NCBI RefSeq assembly: GCF_009914755.1
Contig: NC_060928.1
Length of the DNA: 64,000 bases
Source of the DNA: the human T2T-CHM13v2.0 reference genome, Homo sapiens
Reading direction: 5' to 3' (one strand)
The notes under the pieces were generated by a model. That model saw only the letters and a program-made list of their open reading frames with translations, had not been told where the DNA came from and did no database searches. Shown piece by piece: positions 49,673 through 64,000 of the stretch (position 1 is its first letter; each line of letters begins with the position of its first letter). Made by a program: the position numbers and the translations under genes.

Positions 49673-50293
49673 AGGTTTACTCTTAAAAAGGAAAAGATAT
49701 ATAAATCTAAAATAAAAGTTGAAATAAAAAAATTAAAAATTAAAAGGGAGCTATTTATCATTAAAGATAAATTATGAAGCAAATCATTTGTTCCTGAAAA
49801 CACTTTATTCATGGGCTGCATTATAAATTATCTTTGTGTTGAAGAGAACACTAGATGGAATTACATATTTTGAGAAACAGAAAGTAAATAATAGCCTATG
49901 TCCTGACTAATCATATTAAGGCAAAAGTTCCATGCCTATTTTTGACTGTTCAGTTCTCTACCATATGTGATCATTTTACCTCATGAGTTTTCAAAATTAT
50001 TTCTTAAATAAATGACTACTTCCTTGTAGTTAAATTGTTTTATAAGAGAAGCTTCTTTGTCCATCTGAAATGTAAACTATATTGGAATAAATGTCAAAGT
50101 TTGTGAAATAAGTTTGAGATAATTGCATGAAGTCATAAAAGAAGGCTAGGGTAGGAAAGAGATAATTCATAAATCGTACCTGTTGTTAATCACTTCAGAT
50201 GTAATTAAACTCAGCCAACTCTCTGAGCTTGTGTTTTTCTTCCTGTCTTGCCTCACACTGAATTATTCATTTTGAAAAATATGTAAAAACTCA

Positions 50294-50620
50294 GGCTGGG
50301 CGTGGTGGCTTACAGGTGTAATCCCAGCACTTTGGGAGGCCAAGGCGGGCGGATCACAAGATCAGGAGATCAAGACCATCCTGGCTAACACAGTGAAACC
50401 CCGTCTCTACTAAAAATACAAAAAATTAGCTGGGCGTGGTGGCGGGCGCCTGTAGTCCCAGCTACTCGGGAGGCTGAGGCAGGAGAATGGTGGGAACCCG
50501 GGAGGTGGAGCTGGCAGTGAGCCAAGATCACGCCACTGCACTATAGAGCGAGAATCTGTCTCATCTCAAGAAAAACAAACAAAAACAAAACAAAACAAAA
50601 CCCAAAACAAAAGAAAACAA
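50294..50620 (+). mobile_element. AluY/Sc-like with a short deletion near the 3' end
   Basis: CCATCCTGGCTAACAC; lacks CCAGCCTGGGCG; (AAAAC)n tail. Confidence 0.95.
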
Positions 50621-51466
50621 CTCGTGGTAATTTCTAGTGTTGGAGATGACTTTTAAGTGTTATCTCCCTGATGGAGCTGCTTATGGCAAAGTTAAATTAC
50701 AGAAAATGATTCCCAACAGTTTCTGAACCTAAAGCACAACACAGTTCTTTGTGTTGACAGCAAATATAAGTCCTTTATAAACAACAAACATCCCCCTCCA
50801 TATTGCCTGACAATTAAGAACAAATGAATGGGGGATGGAGAAGCTATGGAAAAAGTTGGTGGTGAAGATGAAAATGTAGTACTCTAAGATTAAACAACAG
50901 GAGGTATTATAACATTAGACTAGAATTAAAAAATTCAAGCTTTGTCAAAAGAAAAATAATAATACAATTCACAAAAATAAGAGAAGGAGAGAGAATGCTA
51001 CTTTCTCACCTTTCATAATGCAGAATAATCTAAGTTCTCTAATATTGAAATATTCAGGACAAACAAAAAACATGAAGTTTTAAATATTCTTTTCATAATG
51101 TCTTTTATTAATATTAAAAGGTATTTTTTTCTTACAACTTAGGTTTAAAGAAAAAACATTTTATCTTAGATCTTGCAATTTCATTTTCATTTCTTTTTTA
51201 TCCATAAAAATTATATTTAATACTTTGTTAATAACAGGATGAATAATGCATTTTCATTTTAATGAAATAATCTGTGTCCCTTCTGTGTATATGCATAAAC
51301 AGATGTATAGAGTGATGTTCCCTAATTTTAGTCATGATTATTCTTTTCTTTTTGTGTTTTCTTCTGAAATTTTTATAAAGAACATTATATTTTTAAGAAA
51401 AAATATTTATTATTCTAAAAAGAAAGAAATTGAGACTCAGAGAAGTGAAATAACTTGAGAAGTTGA

Positions 51467-52922
<1,456 letters not shown>

Positions 52923-53133
52923 TTACTCTAAATACTTTTCTAGGGCAGTTTTAAAATATTGGCTCAAATAGTTCACATTTTTTCTATTTTTTATTATTTT
53001 AAAAATTAGATAAAATATGAACAGATTACTTTTTTAGTATTTTTGAAAGGACCTAGTAAGAGTAATTGATAATTTATAGGTCACTTAGTTTCAGGTCTAA
53101 TACAATGATAGAAAATTATAGCCTAAATATTCT

Positions 53134-54808
<1,675 letters not shown>

Positions 54809-54866
54809 CTTAAACACTTTTTTTCACTTGCTTTCTTTCTTTAATGTGAGTGGGCCTACACATAGT

Positions 54867-54950
54867 GAGAGAGAGAGGAGAGAGAGAGAGACAGACAGAC
54901 AGAGAGACAGAGAGAGAGCAAATAGAGAGGGAGGGGAGAGAAAGGAGAAA
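54867..54950. repeat. GA-rich simple repeat
   Basis: (GA)n/(GACA)n run. Confidence 0.85.
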
Positions 54951-55759
54951 TAAATTATGGGTTTTTGTTTCTTACCTGTACCATCAGTTCCTTTTGACTC
55001 CATGATATTCTATTTGAATTCTCTCTATAGATATGTGTGTGTGTATGCATATATATGCATATAATTACACTTTAAATCTGTATTTATCTCACATAAGTGT
55101 TCCCAGTCTTTATCTATACAAGGTTATAGAAACTAGAAGGCAGGCCATATATTTTAGAGTAATCTATTTTAGAGCACCTGTAAATTGTATTCAACATAAC
55201 AGTTTTATTAAATTCCTTGACTTAAAGTGTTACTGAATTATTTTGTGATCTACAATTCTCAGGTGAAGAGACAAAAATCCCATCAAGCTGAGGAGACGGG
55301 AATCTAATTCCACAGAACAAAATGTGCTTTTAATAAACTGTGACAAGAAAGGCAAGAAATATAAAAAGGTTTAGGAGATAAAAATCTGGGTCTTAGACTA
55401 ATGAAAACATTCAATTCACATGTCACAACCAAATAAAACAGCAGAATATGGTGAGTGGACACTGACCTCTCAAGAATACATCTTCTGTACACCATAGCAA
55501 ACTCACCTAGAAGAACAATGAATCCCTGGCAAACATTTATCTTACAAAGAAATGCAATAAATTGGTTGAAAGAATACACTTTCAATGCAGCAACAAAATG
55601 AAAGCAACCTAGCTAAAGGAATCTACTTTACACAGTGTGAAATATAATACTTGTTGAACTGTAAGCCACTTCTGTGCATACCTAGCCACATATACATAGT
55701 GTGGAGAGGACTGGTTGTGGGCTGCTTCTGTCTTCCAATTGGATGCTACTTGAAACTTA

Positions 55760-56460
55760 AATTACAAAGTAAATATTCTGATTGTAAGTAACATGCACAT
55801 TTACAGAAAAATAAAAAAATTAAAGAAAAGTAAAATGCCAGAAAGTAGAATTAAGAAAAATATTCATATTCTTGAGACAATTATTAACATTTTTGTGCAT
55901 TCATTTTTATATTTTTTGTTAGAAACTTTCAGCATAATTGAGATAATATTTTTATGTAATTTTGTATTCTTTTCACTTAACTTCATATTTTCTTAGTTTA
56001 CTTTCTATGAATGTTATTTTTGAAACCAAGGGCAAGAATAGTTTGAAGTCTCTTTGGTTTATATCACCAATTGCTCTCATATCAATTTATCAATGTTCAT
56101 ATCAATTTACATAGCACTATATATGGTTGCTACTCACCCTGGGATTGAGAAAATATTGATTACAATTTTCATTGTTTTAATAAGTTGTTAGATTTTAGAA
56201 GTCCCTAATCTAATTTTACTTTATTCTTAAGTGTACTGATATTACAATTTTATAAAAAAATATATTTTTTCATATTGTCAACTGTTTATTTTCTTTCTTA
56301 TTTTTGATCTTTTACTCTGTTGGCAACCTTTGGGCTTTTCATATACTAATGTTCACACTTTTGTCTCTTACATTTTTTACTTTCCCATTTATTACTATTT
56401 CTTTCTCTGATAGCAATTATATTATCCTAATCATCCAAATATTTATTACTTATTTTTTGT
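55760..56460 (-). mobile_element. Very old L1M(E) 3' fragment
   Basis: aagtaacatgcacatt...attattaacatttttgtg...cttttcacttaac; weak match from memory. Confidence 0.45.
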
Positions 56461-56548
56461 CTAGATTATTTTTCAGCCACTAAAATTTGAGAGTGCGCTA
56501 TTAAAATTTTCAACCACAGATGTGTTTCTATTCCCCTCAGCATTAACA

Positions 56549-56876
56549 GGCTGGGCACTGTGGCTCACGCCTGTAATCCCAGCATTTTGGGAGGCCAAGG
56601 CAGTCAGGTCACTTGAGGTCAGGAGTTTGAGATCAGCCTGACCAACATAGCGTGACCCCATCTCTACTAAAAATACAAAAATTAGCCAGGTGTAGCAACA
56701 CATGCCTATAGTCCCAGCTACTTGGGAGGCTGAGGCAGGAGAACCACTTGAACTCAGGAGGTGGAGTTTGCTGTGGGCCGAGATTGTGCCACTGCACTTC
56801 AGCCTGGGTGACATGGAGAGACTCTGTCTCAAAAAAAGAAAAAAAAAAAAAACAACCACACACACAAAAAAACAAT
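56549..56876 (+). mobile_element. AluSz/Sx with TSD GCATTAACA
   Basis: TSD at 56540-56548 and 56877-56885. Confidence 0.95.
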
Positions 56877-56894
56877 GCATTAACAATGCTGCAG

Positions 56895-57130
56895 CTGATG
56901 ACTGGCATTTATGGAGTGCTCTTTGTGTATCTGGCTCTATTCAAAATGCCTGCCATCCTACATAATTTGATCCTCACAAGAGCCAATGAGAAAGGTCCTA
57001 TTATGAATTCAATTTTTTAGAGGAGGAAATGGAAGCACAGAAAAGTTAAAAAAAAAAAAAACTTGCTCAGTGTTACCCATAAGAATTAAAACCCAGGCTA
57101 TTTGGCTCCAGGGTACATGTTTTGCTTATG
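56895..57130 (-). mobile_element. MIR
   Basis: catttatggagtgct...atcctcacaa...gaggaaatggaagcacagaaaagttaa...acttgctcag. Confidence 0.8.
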
Positions 57131-58138
57131 GCATTTTGGTATAATAGTACTTAGAGGTTGGCCTAGGTTAGCCTATCTTCATTGTGTGTTGGATTTTTAA
57201 TCAGTTTAAATGTTCTCTCTATATTACCTGTGTAAGAAATTTGGGATGATTGTGCCAGGCTAAACTCTGAGACATAAAAATAAGAAATGGTTTCATTGTT
57301 CTTCAGTCACTGACTTCAGCCATTTTCTTTGTGTTCCTTTTCTTGATGACAATGATATTTTTGTCTCAAGTAGATTTCATAGCAGTTCTAGAAAGACCTT
57401 TTCTGGTCATTGTGGTATTAAGAAGATCACCTGCTGTACAGGTAACTTATATGGGAGGGAAGTGGTAGCTCGAAGTGTTTCAAATGCCCCTCCTCTGTCC
57501 TCTGTCAGTACAGCCCATTGTCTCTTGCTGCTGAGCTACCCTAGCCCAGTGGGCAGCTCTTTGGGGCAACTGTCTTAAGACAGCTCAGTGTGTGTTACTT
57601 CTGCAGAATCCTGTGGATCTTCTGGGAGCTCACACATTCTCTCATCTGATATGAGGTAGAAGTGCAGGCTGCTCTATTATTTCTCTCTAATCTTTCTAAT
57701 TTTCTTTCAACCATAAGGCTTTGCAGGTGGGGCACTGGTGGTTCAGCCAATCCACGGCACAAGCAGATATCCAACTGAAAAATGAGAGGCCTGTTTCCAC
57801 CACACATTCCTGGTTCCTATGAGTAATTCTCTTAGGATCGTTGATCTCAGGAAATGAGGGTTATTTTTCTTTTTCTTTCAATCATTTTCTCTCTCTTTGT
57901 CTTTCTGTTTCCCTGTCTTTCTCTACATCTCTTTTTCCCTCCCTCACATCCTATGTGATGTATCTTTATACAGACCAAAAGGGATGGGAAGTGGGTTAGT
58001 TGGGATGATAGTTGAGGACAGAAAGTCAGTTTTACTCCTTCATAATAAGCCCTGGAAACAATGTCTGGCTTCTGCTATTTACTTTACTTTTCTTTTTTTT
58101 GAACTGCAGTGTATGTATTGTCTTTTTGCTTTAGCATT

Positions 58139-58517
58139 TGTATTTGTCCATTCTGACATTGCTATAAAGAAGTACCTGAGACTGGGTAGTTTACAAGAAA
58201 AGAAGTTTAATTGACTCACAGTTCCTCAGGTGTACAGGTGGCATGGTTGAGAAGGCCTCAGGAAACTTACAATCATGGTGGAAGGCAAAGGGGAAGCAAG
58301 CACATCTTTACATGGTGATGGGAGACAGAGAGTGAAGGAGGAAGTGCTACACACTTTTAAACAATCAGATCTTATGAAAACTCACTCACTATCATGAGAC
58401 CAGCAAAAAGGAAATCTGTTTCCATGATCCAATCACCTCCCACCATATCCCTCCTTCAACACTGGGAATTAAATTTGACATGAGATTTGGATGGGGACAC
58501 AGAACCAAACCATACCA
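58139..58517 (-). mobile_element. THE1D/MSTA-type MaLR solo LTR with 5-bp TSD GCATT
   Basis: TSD at 58134-58138 and 58518-58522; GGCCTCAGGAAACTTACAATCATGG; GAGATTTGGATGGGGACACAG. Confidence 0.93.
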
Positions 58518-59280
58518 GCATTGGATCCTAATTTCCAATGTGGGTTAACCAGAAAAATTCAGTTACATATTTACTCTGTTTATTTCACTTTTGCTAGCCC
58601 TGATGATTTTCAGTTAGTTTGCTTTATTGGTATATGCCTAGATTTTATTTCACCCTTTAAAGCTATGTTCCTTGTAAGCAACATAGTTACATTTTTCAAG
58701 TCGGATGTAACAGTTTGTCTTTTTATGGTTCAGCAAAGTAAATGATGTGCCCAAGGTGACACCATTAGCTAAATGGAGCATCAACATTCTATCTCAGGTG
58801 TGTCTGCCTACAAAGACCATGCCCCTAATCACTACCTTTCTCATTTTTCTCCAGTAATGTGGAAAATATTATCTTGATCTCAATGTTATGGATTATTGTA
58901 ATTTTTTTTTCAAAACTCACCTGAAGCTCTAATTGTCCAATTCAGGGATAATGTAAGTTTTGACTAGGTAAGGACAGTAATATACTTTATTTCCTGACAC
59001 TTCTGTCTATGCATTTCCAATCTTTCATAATCTTTGTTATTCTAATTAGTTTAGTGATTTAAGCTCATGAGTTTTAGAATTAAAGAAATTTGGTTTTAAA
59101 GCTCAGTTTTGACACAGTATCATTTATGAGGATTAAAGAGCTAAGACAACAAAAAGGAAATTATAATGCAAGTCTTATATTTGTCTGTTGGTGAAATGTA
59201 AACATATTGGGTCATGAGTGGCAACTGGAGACATAAACTTAATGAAAGTCAATTTCATGTTGGGTGAGGATGCTTCTTAC

Positions 59281-59563
<283 letters not shown>

Positions 59564-60329
59564 TTAACCTCCTGTGCAGCTGGAGTTCAGTCTTACTTGG
59601 GCACTGAATGAGAATTACTGATTTAGCCTAGCAAATATTTTTTTTCAAGGGTGGGATATGTTAACTTGTTTTGGGAACAAATGAACTTGACCCAAAAATA
59701 AAGACTAATGATCATAATTTTGAGTGCAGTCTGGGGGCTTTTACTCAAATCTCTTTTTACCCTAGTCTCCAAAAATACTTTTTGATTAGAGAAAGGGGTG
59801 AAAGTAAATAAATTCTGAGGAGCTTCTTTCTTGAAACTGAATTTGCGAGCACAAATGTCACCACTTGTGAGGTCTCTGAGAATATATTTAAGACTATGAA
59901 ACAGGAAGTGAATTGCTTTTCCCCTTTTTTCTCTTCTCCATTTTGCTACAGCTACCAGTATCTGGTGCCACCCCTAAATAACAGCTTTGGCAGTCTGGAA
60001 GTGCTTTTCCTAGGTACGTAGTTAGGACCACTGCATGTCTGGTGCTGGTGCACCAACCAGTGCCACAGTGAGAAGGGAGAAAAGGACAGGGGAGCCAAAA
60101 AGAGCAGTGGGATGGAGAACAGATACAAGCAGAGGCTTTCAGGTGCCATTTTGCCAGGTGAAGTAATAGTAATACGTACATGTTCCAAAGCCATGCATGT
60201 AGAGTGATGGTGTTGTGCAGTGAAGGTAAAGCAGCAGAACATAAGTTTATGGACATGCACTCTTGGTTTCTGCCCTTAAATATGCTCTAATCCCAATACC
60301 CTACACCTCAGTAAGATCGCATTTTCACC

Positions 60330-60700
60330 CTCACAGTTATCTAAGTTCAAAACTGCTGAGTCATCCTTGACTTCCTCCTTTTTTCTCATCCAAACTATTA
60401 GAAAATTCCATTGACTCAGCCTTCAAATATATCCAGAATCCAAACATTCTCAGTCCCTCTGCTACTACCATGCTGGTGCTGGCACCCATCATCTCTCACC
60501 TGGTTACTGCAGAAGCCTCTTCTCTGATCTCCCTTTCTCTACACTTGCCCATCATTCTGTATTCTCAACATGGCAGTCATAATAAGCCTTTTAAAACAAA
60601 ATGCATCCTGATCTCACCCACAGTAAAAGTTAAAGTCCTCCCAATATGTTATAAGACTTTAAATATGGTCTGTCTTCCCTCCACAATCTCCCTGACCTTA
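60330..60700 (+). mobile_element. L2a fragment
   Basis: gagtcatccttgacttcctc; ccttcaaatatatccagaatcc; ccatcatctctcacctgg. Confidence 0.85.
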
Positions 60701-60890
60701 CCAATGAAGATGATAATATTAGTATACATTATTCAATATGTCACATATAATATAAAATATTTTGTACAACATGTATAACATATACCTCATAGGGTTGTTA
60801 AGATCTGTAAATTAATATGTGAAAAATGCCTAGAAGAGTGTCTGTCACATAGCATGCACTCAATAAATTTAATGTATATTTATTATTGAA
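60700..60890 (+). mobile_element. MIR 3' part with an AT-rich insertion
   Basis: acctcatagggttgtt...aaattaatatgtgaaaa...cacatagcatgcactcaataaat. Confidence 0.8.
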
Positions 60891-62073
60891 TTCTTACTAT
60901 ACAGGAAGGTAGAAGCATGAAAATTAATGGACCGCTAATTCCAGGAATAAAGTAATTGCTGCTCAGTAAGATCGAGAGACTTGTCCAGAGTCATTGATGG
61001 GATGTGGTAGAGCAGAGATTCAATTTTACATCTTTTGACTGTCAGATTGCCCAATGTGTCTCCAACAAATTATTAATAAACAGTATAATTCACCTTGGAA
61101 AATGATGTCCTGAATTCACTTTTTATTTTTCATTTCATTTAAACTTTCTAGAATAAAAACCATTTAAAATAACTCTAAATTACATTTATACAATTTTTTT
61201 TACAGTTAATAGAACTATGACCACATATTTCTAAATAAATGCTTCCACATCTCTTAAAATTAAAATCTTTGAGATGAAGTATTGAGTAATTATAATTTTT
61301 AATTCCCTAAAATTATAAGTCCAAGGCCAGGAAAATAAACAAATATATAGCAATGATAAGGAGTATTAATGTATCTTTATTTGCATTGATTTGTCAGTAT
61401 TAATTTAGATTGCTGACCAATAACCTAAATTCTCATAACTTGATATCAAAGCTTCACATAATTTGTTTGTGTTTTCTTTCTCTTTGTTTCCTTGTGGTTA
61501 TTTGTGGATCTTTTATAGTTTGTGATTCACATTTATTTATATTACAGCACTATATTTATCTCAACTAATTCCCAGGCTTGATATTAAAAGTTGCATCTCA
61601 CAAAGCATAGTCATTTCATTCCCAGGATGACATTCATATAAGTGAAAAACACTAACTCAGCTCAAGAGCTGTGTTCAAACTAGTAAGAACAAGATCTATG
61701 TACTTTTTTGCCAAGACTATTTCACGACTGCTAGAAATGAGAACAAAACACTACTAGTAAATGGATTCAAAATGATCAACTCAATGTAAGCAAGCTTAGG
61801 ATCAAGTCTATTTGAAAAGTCCATTCCAGTTATCTATTTACTTTTGCTTGTGCTACAATATTATATAGGCATTTGCATTAATTTAAAAATATTGGTATTC
61901 TGGTAAGCCTGTGTTTCAGTGCCCTTTCTGTCTTCAGTTTTAAATTTGCTAGATTCAGTGGCTGGGCTCTCAGGGATAATGATCATGCTAGTTAAGGTGG
62001 ATGACTATGTTTCAAGGGATGAGCTGTTGCATTTTTTTACTCAGAGCACCTCAAATGAACATAAATATCATAC

Positions 62074-62326
62074 CATAGATGCCTTTGCTGGCGGCTGGTG
62101 ATTGTCGATGCAGAGGCACCGCGATGCCGCACAGATGGCAAGAAGGAGGAAAGGCAGAGCTTGAGGCCATTTTCTTCCAGTGTTCCCTCATGCCAACAGA
62201 AGTAGTAACAGCCTCAGTTTTTAAAGGATTGGGATATTATTGTACTTTCATTTCTTTGCTTAAATTCAGGCAATGCTTGCTTTCTGTTCTGCTTATAAGA
62301 CAGAGAAGAATTTTCACTTCCAGAAT
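62074..62326 (-). other. Candidate exon (253 nt) of an unidentified minus-strand transcript, or a constrained regulatory element
   Basis: Acceptor CCCTCCCTCTACTATTTTAG|ATTC and donor TATG|GTATGA. Local CpG cluster. ORF MREHWKKMASSSAFPPSCHLCGIAVPLHRQSPAASKGIY is open to the donor. Confidence 0.35.
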
Positions 62327-63884
62327 CTAAAATAGTAGAGGGAGGGTTTGGCCTAAGATTCTGTCTCTTGTCCTGGGCTGTGAATGAGCAAGAGAAATTT
62401 GATGGTTTCCAATGATCAGAAATGTTTTCCAGTGAGAACCCTTTGGCAGATGTAACATTATAATTTCAAAGGAGCAGTTTTTATGTTGTTTCTTTTTGTT
62501 AAAAAATACATTATTTTGTATAAACCTGAAGTTACATTTCTTTATCTGTTGCTTATTTTAGATATCACTTTTTGCCATCATCTTCTCTATGCATTTTGGA
62601 GACATCCTACAGTATCTACTTAGCTTTACCTCTAACTTTTCTTTCTGTATCTAAACTTTTAAAGAACAGTATATTTATCATCTACCATTATTTATTATCA
62701 ATTATTTCTCAGACCTTCTAAGTCTTGATCTCTACCTCTTCCAGTACCCAAATTCTTCATATACTGTGGGTTTTAATGTATTCCTAACTGCCAAAAGTGT
62801 AAAAAATATCCAGCCTCAAATTTTGAAGGTTAAAAATGTATGCCATATCCCGTTAGAGGAGCCAAGTAGAAAAATGATATCAGAAGAAAATACCAGCGTT
62901 TTGATTTTATGGTTTCAGATAATAAGTTCCTTGAAGTTTCTTGAAGTATGTGCTCATTTGACCATAGTGATTAAAACCAGTTTACATTTATCACTGGGGA
63001 ATTGATGTGACACTGAGGCAATGGGGAGCAAAAAAATCTTCTGCTATATCAATTTCATATTGAAACAACGTGACAGCTACCTTCTCTGAGACATTCAGCT
63101 GCTTGTGGGGTAGAATACACCTTCCATATACAAGAGATAGGTATAAGAAAAAGCTTTGTAAATTTAAAAGTAAAAAAATCATAGCCAAACTAAATTGTAA
63201 GTGTGATTTTGTTAAGTAGAAGGTTTTTTTTTTTGAAATTTACATGTAGATATACTCTAGAAGTTAATGTTACAGGCTATACTATAAACTTGTTTTCTCC
63301 TTACCGTGATCCTATGGCAGATTTTCTACCTTTTATCACCGTGCTTGGAAAACCAGCCCTGAAAGTTTTGTTAAAGCTAAAATAAATATGTGATATGTAT
63401 GCATATATTATTATGTAATATGAAGAACCTGGAATTCTAAACAACTGATTCTATTCTGTTACTGTTGCTCATCATCTTCACGATGATTGAGAGTCAAAAA
63501 TAGGCCAGGCCATACATTTTACTTCTGATAAGCTTCAGACTGAATCTTAGTCAAGGCCACTGGGAAGGCTAAGTTTAGCTAACATGTGGAACTCATCTTT
63601 TCACTCTAATCACTTGTCTAAGCCTGAGATTTAACATTCTAGGGATTATGAAAAAAATGTCTAGACTCTGACAGCTAGCAAAAAGATGAGTTCAAAGCAT
63701 TGGAGCTAGAAAAAGACAGAGATGGTTAGACTCTTTTCACTGAGCACCAGGTCCTAAACCCAGTCTTTGCTCTCCAGCCTTGAGGAAGGAAGAGCATCCC
63801 AGAGAATGCCTGTCACACAAAGAGTGATCAAAATTTTCTCACTCCACTTCCCTAATATTATCCAACCTAACCCATTACTTAGAT

Positions 63885-64000
63885 TTCTTTCTTTTTTATT
63901 TTATTTATTTATTTATTTTTATTATTATACTTTTAAGTTTAGGGTACATGTGCACAATGTGCAGGTTAGTTACATATGTATACATGTGACATGCTGGTGC
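63885..64000 (-). mobile_element. Young L1PA (about PA2-PA4) 3' end; continues beyond the window
   Basis: T-rich tail, then TAGGGTACATGTGCACAATGTGCAGGTTAGTTACATATGTATACATGTG. Confidence 0.93.

Noticed and set aside
56473-57020. Alu-derived ORFs (also 17481, 40685, 49357)
   Set aside because: Typical Alu translations that are known spurious ORFs.

Overview
Primate (human-like), AT-rich, repeat-dominated intronic or intergenic DNA. I can identify no intact protein-coding gene, RNA gene or CRISPR array. The longer ORFs in the supplied track are decayed L1 ORF1/ORF2 fragments or chance ORFs in Alu/LTR sequence. The window holds several L1s, including a nested L1PB > L1PA > AluY/LTR12 cluster at 6.4-16.4 kb and a TSD-flanked L1PA at 39.5-45.4 kb. 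It also has ten Alus, two ERV9 LTR12 solo LTRs, MaLR/ERVL LTRs, hAT DNA transposon relics, many L2/MIR/CR1 fragments and several microsatellites. I found no convincing new biological system. The best second-look items are: a CpG-retaining candidate minus-strand exon or regulatory element at about 62.1-62.3 kb; a TSD-less AluY with about 31 nt of foreign 3' sequence; a microhomology deletion joining L1 to MER5A; an old 112-bp tandem duplication across an LTR12C boundary; and several template-switch-like palindromes. Repeat subfamily names come from remembered consensus sequences, not a search, and boundaries of the ancient repeats are approximate.
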